NCBI RefSeq assembly: GCF_963921235.1
Contig: NC_086108.1
Coordinates: 87,112,001 to 87,176,000, forward strand
Direction of reading: 5' to 3'
DNA: 64,000 nt
From: Mobula hypostoma
Taxonomy: Eukaryota
Part shown: positions 11,893 to 23,759 of the stretch, piece by piece
Layout of the letters: each line of letters begins with the position of its first letter
How positions within the stretch are numbered: position 1 is the first letter of the stretch
Translations under genes and position numbers: made by a program
Notes under the pieces: model-generated
What the model was told of the DNA's origin: nothing
Databases searched by the model: none
What the model saw: the letters and a program-made list of their open reading frames with translations, nothing else

Positions 11893-12286
11893 TACAAACT
11901 CTTCTCCCTCCTACCATCTGGCAAAAGGCACCAAAGTATTTGGGCTCTCACGACCAGACTATGTAACAGTGTCTTCCCCAAAGCCATCAGACTCTTCAAT
12001 ACCCAGAGCCTGGACTGACACCAACCTACTGCCCTCTACTGTGCCTATTGTCTTGTTTATTATCTATTGTAATACCTGCACTGTTTTGTGCACTTTATGC
12101 AGTCCTGGGTAGGTCTGTAGTCTAGTGTAGTTTGGTGTGGTTTTACATAGTTCAGTGTAGTTTTTGTATTGTTCATGTAGCACCATGGTCCTGAAAAATT
12201 TTGTCTCATTTTTACTGTGTATTGTACCAACAGTTATGGTCGAAATGATAATAAAAAGTGACTTGATTTGACTTGACTTGACTTGA
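11893..12286 (+). mobile_element. Rex1-type LINE 3' end
   Basis: FSLLPSGKR-like C-terminus followed by AATAAA and a (GACTT)n tail. Confidence 0.65.
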
Positions 12287-14618
12287 TAACTAGAATATAT
12301 GTGCCAAGGAATTGAATTGCACTTTTTTTTTGGTAAGTTGAGTCTTGCTGCATGCCAACTCCAGTTTGCCTTTGAAAAATCCTGGAATTAGTTAAAAACA
12401 ATAGTTTAAAGTTCAAATTGAATTTATTACCTAAGTATGTATATATTAACAGATACCACCTTGACATTAATTTTCTTGCAGGCATTTGCAGGAAAAAAGT
12501 GCAATAGAATTTTACGAGAAACTATAGACGGAGACGATAGAGACTGACAGATAACAATGGGCAAAGGAAGGCAAACAGTGCTAATAAAAATAATACTGAT
12601 AGTGAGAGTTGTAAAGAATGTAGCTTTTAGAACAGGGGTTCCCAATCTGCTTAAGCCATGGACCAATACCATTACGCAAGGCGTCCATGGACCTCAGTTT
12701 GGGAACCCCTATATTAGAATCAATTTAAAAAGAAAGCAACATCCATCATCAAAGACTCTACTATCTAGAGCATGTCTCTTCTCACTACTGCCATCAGGCA
12801 GGAGGTACAGAAACCTTCCCCACATTGCCATGGCAGGAATATTTATTAGAGAAACCTATCAGGCCCTTGAACCGGTACGTATATCATTCACCACTACTCC
12901 AAATGAGTGTACACCCAATAGACTCACTTTCATGCACTCCTTAAACTCTTGTCCTCAGTATCAATTCTTTACATTTGCACACTTTGTCTTCTTTGTCACA
13001 TTGGTTGTTTGTAAATCTTTGTCTGTTTACGTATAATTTTTCTTGGAATTCTGTTGTATTGTCCCTGTAAAAAGTTAATCGCAGGGTAGTATATGGTAAT
13101 ATATATGTACCTTGATCATAAATTTACTTTGAACATTGAACATACTGTAACACACTGAAACATACTACGAGCCATCAACCACACCAACAAGATCATCAAC
13201 TGGAAATGTACTCAGGGGTTTAACCTAACATAACAATTCTCCATTTTTGCAATGCTCAAAGGAGTCCTCATTTAGGGCAATGAGCATTGTTTAGTCACAC
13301 TGATGTGGCAGCTGCTAGCATTGTAATGAATGATAAAATTGCTGATATCATGCATTTCTTATCATTCTGTACAAGATCAACCATCAGAGCTGCCTGTCAA
13401 CAAGTGAGATTTTCCAATAAGATAGTTTGCCGTACTGTAGGACGTTACATGAGTGTGAACTTCTTTGCCTTATGCTTCTAGTTGCCATGTTATTCTGGCA
13501 ACAAGGGAAAATCAATGTAATGTTGCTTTACATCTTTGAATTCTTTTCCCCTGCCCTTATAGTAATTATGATGACTATCTTGGACTCCAATAACAATCTA
13601 AGGCATATGGGCAAGGTCTCACGGTAAACTGAAACATCTGCTCTTCCTCTAGGAACTTTTCACTCTGTACGGGATTGAAAGAGGCAACAGCAATAGATCA
13701 GAGAATGTTAAGAAAAGTGATTGTTAGTGCATATTTTGATGTTGTTGAGTAGCATCACATCCCAATATTGTGAGTAGAGGTCCATTGAACTCCTACCACT
13801 GAATTTTCAGTCTTTCCTCACAATGCATCTTTAAATGATCAAATTGAAATACTACTTTGAAACAAGCCCCATTTAGAAATTCATAAGGATTTCTTCATTC
13901 AAGGACTTCATTGCCTTGAAATATTAAGCACTTATGCATCTCTCTGCCTGCTGCATGCCAAACGACATGCTTATGTCATTATTTTATGGGATATGTTTTA
14001 CTCTCAGTCATATTGTCCAGAGTGTTCAATGAATGTTGAATCACAACCCAACTGTTTGGGTCTTTACCAGTGTTTTTACCTGTGGAGTGTAGAATCCCTG
14101 AGGAATTTGTGTGAAGGTCAGAGTTCTCTAAAGTAGACAAAACTGCTCATCACCTGAAAATCAAGTAAGTAAATGGAATCTTAACGTGTGCTATAAGAAG
14201 CATGGGTGGTCCTACAAAGCAGTACTGGATAGTTTGGACCCTCCCAGCTGATTCATACCAACTGTTGAGTGTGTCCTATAAGCATTTCCCACATTGACAA
14301 AGACAATATAATCTCATCTTGAGGAGAGCAATGGAGTTCTCTGCTACAGTCTTGTTAGCAGTAATTAGAGTGGAAACAGGGTCACTTACTTTGCACTAGG
14401 GATAACCAACCAGAATCATCTCAATATAAGGGAATTGCTGCATTGTCAAAACCTTACCCTTCTATTCATAGAACATAGAACTGTACAACACAGTATAGGG
14501 CCTTCAGCACACAATGTTGTGCTGACTAACCTATTCTAGGATCAATCTAACACTTCCCTCCAACAAAGCCCTTCACTTTTCTTTCATGAATGTGCCCATC
14601 TAAGGGTCTCTTAAATGT

Positions 14619-14831
14619 AAGTGGTTTAAGTTGTTATCTGATCTTGGCAATTTAATTGCAAGCGTTTTGTCACTATGCAGGGAGACATCTTCAGTACGCT
14701 GTTGATTATGGTGTTCTCCAAATGCTTGGCTTTTATTTACTATTCAATCAGCTGGTTGGACATCATTTTAGAAAATCCTCACATCTCAACCGAGTTCTGA
14801 AAAGATGTCCAACAAGCAGGTTGAAAAATAC

Positions 14832-14866
<35 letters not shown>

Positions 14867-15018
14867 AAGGTCAAGCATCCAGAGAGCAGACCACAATTAA
14901 CAGCGCACTGATGATTTTTCCTCACGATGATGAAACATTTGCAAGTAAATTGCCAAGATCAGAGAACAACTCAACCCAACCATCAACCACCCAAGCTATA
15001 CATCTTCTGAATTATTTC
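14619..15018. mobile_element. Second-family Penelope-like inverted element with degenerate hammerhead motifs
   Basis: About 14629-14735 is the reverse complement of about 14863-14971. Each arm has CTGA(A/T)GA...(G/A)AAAC followed by TTGCAA(G/T)TAAATTGCCAAGATCAGA. Confidence 0.55.
14828..14866. repeat. (TACA)n/(TA)n microsatellite
   Basis: Directly visible. Confidence 0.9.
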
Positions 15019-17029
15019 CCTTAATTATCCATAATGTATTTTCCCCTACCACCACCCCTGGCACATTCTATTTACCCTCCACTCTCTGTGTTAAAAAAAA
15101 GCATACCTCTGACATCACCCCTATAATTTTCTCCAATCACCATAAGATTATGTCCCCTTGTATTGGCCATTGCCACCCTTGGAAAATGTGCCTGGCTATC
15201 CACTCTCTCTATAGCTCTTATCATCTTATACACCTCTATTACACAAAGTACAAAGTACATTTATTATCAAAGTATGTATACATTATACAACCTTGAGATT
15301 CGGCTTCTTAAAGGCAGTCACGAAACAACGAAATCCAATAGAAACCATTAAAGTAAAAGAAGACCCAATGATTAGTAAAATATTCAGTTGTTTTCTTTGC
15401 TTTATTTCCCACCAGCAAGTAGCAGCTGAGTTTCACCAGTGCCATATATTACCTCTCATCCTCCTTCTCTCCAAAGAGAAAAGCCCGAACATTCAGCTGA
15501 TCAGTAAATCTTCTCCCTGCTGCTCTGAAAGTCCTACCTTCTGTCTTTGTGGCTCTTCTTTCAGTGTGAGCTGCAGTTGGTAATGTCTTGCACCATACAG
15601 CATGCTATGATGAAGTCACTGCATCTATTAGGTATGTCGTGTGTCCACTCCCCAGAATGATGGAGGCAACAAAATCTTATCTTAAGAAAACCAATGCTCC
15701 AATTCTGGTACTTATGAGATTCTTGTACCTTCATTCAACTTGAGTGGGGAAACAAATTAACTTACATAGAGATAGAATTAGAGAAGCTTTCACTTCCAGG
15801 ATAATCCCCTGGAGCAAAAAAAAACATTTGGCAGGGTAAAGGAATTGCAGGATCTCCTAGGAAAAAGAATTTCAGAATGTATATTGTATACATTTCTCTG
15901 ACATTAAATGTACCTATTGAAAGCTATTGAAACAGGACTTTCACAACTTTTTTATGATTCATGACCAGATGGACCTTTAGGGAGTGCAAATATTTTCTGA
16001 TTGAAATGGAAGAAGTTTAATCTCAAGGGGGCATGTGCGCAGTTAATGGCTGCAGCTTGTGGGAAGTCAGTGGTGCAGACAAATCCCAGTCCCAAACTAC
16101 CACCTTCCCTTTAATGAAACAAAAGAGAAGAAATAGTTCCTTCAGGAGTAGAGAGCCTCAGTGACCCTTCTGAAGCCAGCAGGCACAGCCTCAAAATAGA
16201 GAGGCATCCTTTTAGAATGGAGATGGGAAGAATTTCTTCAGCCAGAGATTTGTGAATCTGTGGAATTCTTTACCACAGGCGGCTGTGGAGGTCAAATCTT
16301 TGTATATATTTAATGCAGAGGTTGATAGATTTGTGATTGATCAGGCTTGAGTAACCCTGCAGAATTTCACAAATATCAATTATTACAGAATTTGAAAATG
16401 AGCATTTTAAAATATTTTTCATTATAAACACAAGAGATTCTGCAGATGTTGGAAATTTTGAGTGACCCACACAAAATGGTAGAGGAACAGAACAGTTCTG
16501 GTAGTTGTTCGATAGTCAAAGATGAGTTTATCATCCTATGTACAAGTACAATGACACATTTACAGGCATATAGCTCCAGATTAGCAGCGTTCATTTTAAG
16601 AAAAAAAAACATAAATGTGCACATTTTTTACAAGAAAGGGCATTTTTTTCAAGATCCAAATAATTGAAGTAAAATAGTTGTTTTTGAACATGGTGGCCTG
16701 GTAGCTTTCAATAGCTCCTACCGAATCATAACTGCGAGAAGATGACATAGCCCAGATAGTGGGGATCTTTGATGATGAATGTTGCCTTTGTGATGCAGCA
16801 ACTTATTTGTGATACTACTAGGAGGGGGGAGGGATGTGCCTGTGATGTAGTAGGCTAGGTCCACTACTCTCTGCTCCTTACATTCCAGCGCATTGGAATT
16901 GTCATATCAGACAATGAAGCAACCAGTCAAGGATACTTTCAACGAACATCTGCAGAGGTTTGCTGAAGTGTTTGGTGACATGCCGAATATCTTTAACTTT
17001 CTAAGGAAGTAAAGATACTGTGCATTAGT

Positions 17030-17707
17030 GTCCAGCACATAATTCAATGCGACTTCTGCCATCTCCAATGGGATCCCACTACCAAGCACATCTTTCCCTC
17101 CCCGCACCCCCCCCCCACTTTCCACTTTCCGCAGGGATCGCTCCCTACGCAATTCCCTTGTCCATTCGTCCTTCCCCACTGATCTCTCTCCTGGCACTTA
17201 CCCTTGCAAGCAGAACAAGTGCCACACCTCCCTCTACACCTCCTCCCTCACTACCATTTAGGGCCCTATATAGTCCTTCTAGGTGAGGCCACACTTCACC
17301 TGTGAGTCTGTTGGAGTCATTTACTGTATCTGACGCTCCTAGTGTGGCCTCCTGTATATCAGTGAGACCCGACATAGATTGGGAGACCACTTCACTGAAC
17401 TCCCATGCTCAGCACACCAGAAAAAGCAGATCTCCCGCTGCTGCCCATTTAATTCTACTTCCCATTCCCATTCCGGCATGTCAGTCGATGGCTTACTCTA
17501 CTGTTACAATGAGGCCTTACTCAGATTGGAGGAGCAACACCTTATATTCAGTCTGGGTAGTCTCCAACCTGATGGCATGAGCACCGGTTTCTCAAACTTC
17601 CAGTAATGGCACACCCCTCCCCTTCACCATTTCCCTCTCTCACCTTACCACCCTTCCATAGATGCTGCCTGACCTGCTGAGTTCCTCCAGCATTTTGAGT
17701 GTGTTAC
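17030..17707 (+). mobile_element. Penelope-like element 3' part (GIY-YIG endonuclease remnant plus partial pseudo-LTR)
   Basis: HFTCESVGVIYCI*...CGLLYISETRHRLGDHF and HFNSTSHSH...RLEEQHLIFSLGSLQPDGM, as in the 54160-55660 copy. Confidence 0.8.
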
Positions 17708-17865
17708 CTGTTCAATCAATGCCATTTTTGAATCTTTGAGCTAAAACTTGCATTGTCCAGTAGTTGACTACTTAGTGTGCTCCTGATGCCGGGAAAATGT
17801 CAGTTGCAATAACTGGGATAACAATTGGAAGTGCCAATTTCACAATTGGCATAATTTTTACAGAT

Positions 17866-19427
17866 TTAAAGATTAGCTTTATTTGTCACATGTACATCAA
17901 AACATTGAAACATTAAAAAATTGAATTACGAGCCTGACTGAATTTTTTGCGGATGTGACTGAACACATTGATGAAGGAAGAACAGTAAATGTAGTGTATA
18001 TGGATTTCAGCAAGGCATTTGATAAGGTACCCCATGCAAGGTTTATTGAGAAAGTAAGGACGCATGGGATCCAAGGGGACATTGCTTTGTGGATTCAGAA
18101 CTGGCTTGCCCACATAAGGCAAAGAGAGGTTGTACATGAGTCATTTTCTGCATGGAGGTCGGTGATCAGTGGTGTGCCTCTGGGATCTGTTCTGGGACCC
18201 CTTCTCTTCGTGATTTTTATAAATGACCTGGATGAGGAAGTGGAGGGAAGGGTTAGTAAGTTTGCTGATGACAGAATGGTTGGAGGTGTTGTGGATAGTG
18301 TGGAGGGCTGTCAGAGGTTACAGCAGAACATTGATATGATGCAAAACTGGACCGAGAAGTGGCAGATGGAGTTCAACCCAGATAAATGTGAAGTGGTTCA
18401 TTTTGGTAGATCAAATATGATGGCAGAGTATAGTATTAATGGTAAGACTCTCGGCAGTGTGGAGAATCAGAGGGACCTCGGGGTCCAAGTCCATAGGACA
18501 TTCAAAGCAGCTGCACAGATTGACTCTGTGGTTAAGAAGGCATACGGTGTATTGGCCTTCATCAATCGTGGAATTGAATTTAGGAGCCGAGAGGTAATGT
18601 TGCAGCTATATAGGACTCAGGTCAGACCCCACTTGGAGTACTGTTCTGGTCGCCTCACTACAGGAAGGATACAGGGATTTACAAGGATGCTGCCTAGATT
18701 GGGGAGCATGTCTTATGAAAACAGATTGAGTGAACTCAGCCTTTCCTTCTTGGAGCGACGGAGGATGAGAGGTGACCTGATAGAGGTGTATAAGATGATG
18801 AGAGACATTGATCGTGTGGATAGTCAGAGGCTTTTTCCCAGGGCTGAAATGGCTGCCACAAGAAGACACAGGTTTAAGGTGCTGGGGAGTAGGTACAGAG
18901 GAAATGTCAGGGGTAAGTTTTTTACGCAGAGAGTGGTGAGTACATGGAATGGGCTGCCGGCAACGGGGGTGGAGGCAGATACGATAGGGTCTTTTAAGAG
19001 ACTTTTGGATAGGTACATGGAGCTTAGAAAAATAGAGGGCTATAGGTAAGCCTAGTAATTTCTAAGGTAGGGACATGTTCGGCACAACTTTGTGGGCCGA
19101 AAGGCCTGTATTGTGCTGTAGGTTTTCTATGTTTCTATGTTTCTATAAAGTGAAGTGCGTCATTTGCGTCAAATCGAAATGGTGAGTATTGTGCTAGGAG
19201 CAGCCTGCGAGTGTCACCACACTTCTGGAGCCAATATAACACCCCCAAAACTCACTAACCCTAACCATCTGGCTTTTGGAGACAGTGGGAGAAAACTGGA
19301 GCACAGGAAGGAAACCCATGTAGTCACAGGAAGAACATACAAATTCAGCACAGACCCCGGTGGGAATTGAGATTTGTGATCATAGGTATTGCGAAGCAAT
19401 TGCACTAACTGCAACACCACCTTGCCA
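17866..19427 (-). mobile_element. V-SINE split by a CR1 insertion
   Basis: Tail GATTAGCTTTATTTGTCACATGTAC at about 17870; V-domain and tRNA-like head at about 19270-19427 on the minus strand. Confidence 0.6.
17925..19146 (+). mobile_element. 5'-truncated CR1 LINE (RT domain plus 3' UTR)
   Basis: ORF 17955-19049 has YMDFSKAFDKV, SGVPLGSVLGPLLF and KFADD; (TTTCTATG)n tail ends at 19146. Confidence 0.93.
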
Positions 19428-19724
19428 CCAGAAAATAATCACTGGCTTGCATCCCAAAACCCAATCACTGGAGCATTTATTTTCTGGGTAAAATCTATTC
19501 GGATCATGCAGCACTGAAGAAACTACATAACACAATCCAATTTCCAGGCAATCATAGAATTGAAAATTGTCCCTGTTCATTTGTGTTAAATAGATAATGT
19601 TCATCGAACTTTGTGTCTGAAATTTGTTTTCATCCACTTTAATACACATTTATTTGGCACATAAAACAGAAAAAAATTCTTCTGTTCCCACCTTCTGATT
19701 CTGGCTTCTGTCCCCTTTCTTTTC

Positions 19725-19830
19725 AATCCTGATGAAGGATTTCAGCCAGAAATTTCAACTAGTTGCCCTCCTCCATAGATGCTGCCTGACTTCCTGAGTT
19801 CCTCCAGCATTTTGTGTGTGTTGCCATAGA
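19725..19830 (+). mobile_element. Penelope pseudo-LTR fragment with degenerate hammerhead
   Basis: AATC-CTGATGA-AGG...CA-GAAA-TTTC-AACT followed by GATGCTGCCTGAC...GAGTTCCTCCAGCATTTTGTG. Confidence 0.55.
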
Positions 19831-19914
19831 AAAAGATTTTCTACGCCCATAAATCATTATCCTTTGAGTAGAATGTGAAACTTCCTCACATGCACAGTGG
19901 CAATTTTGGATCAG

Positions 19915-20960
19915 ACTTGAATCATAGAAGGATGCTTGGCAGCTGTGGCAGGACTTGAATGCCATCACCTCCTATAAAGTGAAAACAAATGACATATGTG
20001 ACAACAAGGTTTCTCTCCCAGATGAGCTCAGTACCTTTTAGACTCGCTTTGACTGACAGAACATGGAGTTGAGGAAGCTTTGTGGTCCCTCACAGCCCCC
20101 AGGAATCCTGAGATTTCAGCCTCTGTGACTGAAGTGAGAGTATCCTTCAAGAGAGTGAATGCATGAAAAGCATTTGGCTAAGGTGGAGTACCGTGGTGAG
20201 CACTGAAGACCTGTGCTAATCAACTGCCTGGAGTGTCTACTGACATCATTAACCTCTCACATTGATGATCTTTGTATCCACCTGCTTCAAGCAGGCTTCA
20301 ATTATACTGGTGCCCAAGAAGAGCACAGTAACCTGCCTCAGTGACTATTGTCCAGCAACACTTACATTGACTGCGATGAAGTGCTTGGAGATGTTGGTCA
20401 TGAGATGTGTCAGCTCCTAACTGAGGAATGACTTGGATCCACTCCAATTTGCCTACCATCACATCAGGTCAAAAGCAGATATAATTTTATCAGCTCTTCT
20501 CTCAACCCTGGAACATCTGGACAATGAAGATACATACATCAGAATGCTCTTTATTGACTACAGCTCCATGTTCAACACTATCATCCCCTCAAAAATAATC
20601 AATAATCTCCAAGCCCTAGGCCTCAGTACCTCCTTGTGCAACTGGATCCTCGATTTCTTCACTGACAGACTCCAGTCAGTTCAGATTGATTTATAGGAGC
20701 GAGATGGAAAATCTGGTTGAATGATGCCACAACAGTTATCTCTCACTCAACATCAGCAAAACCAAAGAGATGACTGTTGACTACAGGAGGAGGGAACTGG
20801 ATTTCCATGAGCCAATCCTCATCAGGGGATTGAAGTGGAGAGAGCCAGTAACTTCAAATTCCTGATTGGTCCTGGGACCAGCATATGGTGGTGATATTTC
20901 AAAGAAAGCATGATAGTCTCCCTACTTCTGTAGAAGTTTATACAGGTTCAGCATGCCATC
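19915..20960 (+). mobile_element. Rex1/Babar LINE fragment, decayed
   Basis: DPLQFAY...[20 protein letters not shown] (20433-20696) and flanking Rex1-like sequence. Confidence 0.8.
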
Positions 20961-21159
20961 TAAAATGTCTATACACTATGTGCTATATGTACCTTATGCT
21001 GTGTATGACTGTTGGTACTATCAACCACCAGGCACCTGGCTAATGTGGGCAAATTCACTCACCTCAACAATGAACTGATTCCTTAACCTATGGACTCACT
21101 GTCAATGACTACAACTCTTGTTCCCAATGCTATTTATTACTTATTTATTTTTGTTTAAG

Positions 21160-21496
21160 TTGCATGCCATCTTGGCCAATGTCTCCCATCCACTACATAA
21201 TGTACTGGGTGGGCACAGGAGTACATTCAGCCAGAGACTCATTCCTCCAAGATGCAGCACAGAGCGTCATAGGATGTCATTCCTGCCTGTGGCCATCAAA
21301 CTTTACAACTCCTCCCTTGGAGGGTCAGACACCCTGGGCCGATAGGCTGGTCCTGGACTTATTTCATAATTTACTGGCATAATTTACATATTACTATTTA
21401 ACTATTTATGGTTCTATTACTATTTATTATTTATGGTGCAACTGTAACGAAAACCAATTTCCCCCGGAATCAATAAAGTATGACTACTACTACTAC
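21160..21496 (+). mobile_element. Rex1-type LINE 3' end with (TAC)n tail
   Basis: LHAILANVSHPLH...SQRLIPPRCSTERHRMSFLPVAIKLYN, then AATAAA and (TAC)n. Confidence 0.7.
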
Positions 21497-21677
21497 TTGT
21501 TTTGTTTTTTTTTTGTATTTGCAGTTTGTTGTCCTTTGCAGATTTGTTGTTTGTCCATCTCTGTGTAGATTTCATTGATTCTTTTGTGTTTATCTGTACC
21601 AATTGTGAATTGCCTGCAAGAAAATAAATCTCAGGATAATATATGGTATATTTACAATGTATATAAATATACAGTAT

Positions 21678-22256
21678 TGCCGAGCTGGGCCGAGGCCTCC
21701 GTCGGTCAGAGTTGACCATAGATATTGTGTCCTAGCTGTCTAGATACATAAGCCTGGGCAGTACGATATGGAGAGCAAGTTGTTACCCATTTACCAAGCT
21801 CCCCTCTCCATGCATCTGATGAACCCGAAGGAACAGCAGAGACCAGTACAGTTTGGTACCAGCTTCATTGCAGGAGTTGCCAGTCAGCATTGAACTCAAC
21901 GTAGGACTGCCTTAGGGACTCCAGCTCCGGATTTTTCCCTCGGGGTTTACTCTTGAAGACTTCCCCATGAGTGAGTATAACCGCAAGGCAGCGGAGGTTT
22001 GAGATCAGAGATAAGCTGCCAACCACAGCTGACAAGCCCGTCTGCCCAATATGACTGGTTTTAAGTCACCAGTAAATGCCGTTGCCCCTTCTCCTGTCAG
22101 TAGAAATGGTTCTACCAGGCTTAGCAGCTAAGACACACGTGAAGGCCAGGAGCTGAACTTGTTTGTCAGAGGCCATTTGAGGTGCACACCATTGGGAGCA
22201 TTTAATAGGTAGTAGGAGCTTGTCCCTGTTACCACCTCCAGCTATAACCTTATGGA
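21678..22256 (-). mobile_element. Non-autonomous RTE-like element, copy 1
   Basis: Reverse complement shares ordered blocks with 22718-23253 (CTCAAAT(G/A)GCCTCT, CAGCTCCTGGCCTT, CTTAGCTGCTAAGCCTGGT, CATGGGGAAG). RTE assignment is from recalled similarity. Confidence 0.6.
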
Positions 22257-22717
22257 ATCAATATAGCATTTACTTTGAAAGTTGAGCTTAGTGCAATAGT
22301 CTTTAAAATCAGATGAACTCAGTCTGTTACCTTTGCTTAATTGTCAATACTCTCTTGCACTAGTAACAGGGTTTTTAATGCTCTGGAAGCCAGTGTTTAT
22401 GCCAAGCGACATGAACCCAGTGCCACCTATTTCAATGCATAGGGAAGTTTGAACATGCACTTCAACGAAATTAGCATTGAGTAGCTCCTCATTCCCTTGT
22501 GTATATTCAAAGCTGAAATGGGTATATATTTGGACTAAGGAAGAACCAAGGATCAAGAACGTGGAATTGGGACTGAGAAAAATTCATTCCAAACCATACT
22601 GAATGGCAAAGTAGGCTCCGACATACACATGATCTACTTCTGCTCTGAATTTGTTTGTTTCAGTTTTCCCAGCCAATCAACTGTGTTGATTTTAATTTAG
22701 TTTTTCTTCATCTGGAA

Positions 22718-23253
22718 CCTTAAGGTTGTCATAGCCAGGGGATGGGGGTAGTGGGAATAAGTTCCCACCAGCTATTAAATGCTCCCCATGGCATGCATCT
22801 CAAATAGCCTCTTTCAACCAAGTCCAGCTCCTGGCCTTTGGGTGTGGCTTAGCTGCTAAGCCTGGTGGAACCTTCTATTAACAGTAGAAGAGGAAAAAGA
22901 GGATTACTGACTCCCTCAAACCAGTCGCTTTGGACAGATGCGGCTTGTCAGTCATGGTTGGCAGCTCATTTAGTAGGAGGAGAACTCTGATCTCAAACTT
23001 CTGCTGTCTTGCGGCTATATCCATTCATGGGGAAGGCTTTGGAGTAAACCTCGTGGAAAAAACCCCTGAAGCAGTCCTGTACTGAGTTCAACACAGACTG
23101 GCATCTCCTACAAGGCTAGTGTCAAATTGTTTCGGTTTCTGCTGTTCCTTTGGATTCATCTGCTGCATGGAAAGGGAGAGCTTGCTGCATGGGCAACAGA
23201 TTGTTCTCCATATCATACTGTTCCAGCTCAGACACAATATCCATGGTCATCCC
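22718..23253 (+). mobile_element. Non-autonomous RTE-like element, copy 2
   Basis: Same family as 21678-22256, in the opposite orientation. Confidence 0.6.
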
Positions 23254-23759
23254 CAATCAATGCAGGGCCTCCTCAATGGGATCTAACAGTGAAGAAAACC
23301 CTTTGAAGCAGAGCTCTAACCTCCAGTTATGTACAACATCAAAACTGAGCTGCGGAGGCAGAGGGTCACAAGATTGACACCAGTTACCCTGATCTCCATG
23401 TCCACAGCTGCTCCTCAATGTAACTATAAAGCTATCAATGATCAGATGTTGGCCTAGGTTCCACTTTTCTGTCCAGTTCTTATTTTGTCTTTCATCCAAA
23501 AGATATCCCTGGAACACTTAAGGATAAGAGATTTATACATAGAAAAACATTGAAATAATTTTAAAAACTATCATTTATTTCAAAATACATCCAAATTGGG
23601 TAAATAAATTGAACATATTAATATTTCCTAAAATTGATTAGAGATAGCTGAATACCATTGGAAACCATAGAAACTACAGCACAGAAACAGACCTTTTGGC
23701 TCTTCTTGGCTGTGCCGAACCATTTTCTGCCTAGTCCCACTGACCTGCACACGGACCAT

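Larger units (their letters stand above)
14468..15240 (-). mobile_element. CR1 3' fragment interrupted by a small inverted-repeat element
   Basis: CATAGAACATAGAAC tail at 14468; minus-strand ORF IEVYKMIRAIERVDSQ...NTRGH at 15072-15260. Confidence 0.7.

Noticed and set aside
17955..19049. 364-aa open RT ORF as a domesticated gene
   Set aside because: It is a 5'-truncated CR1. The frame survives only through two compensating deletions near 18640-18680, and conserved residues are altered (PLG for PQG).
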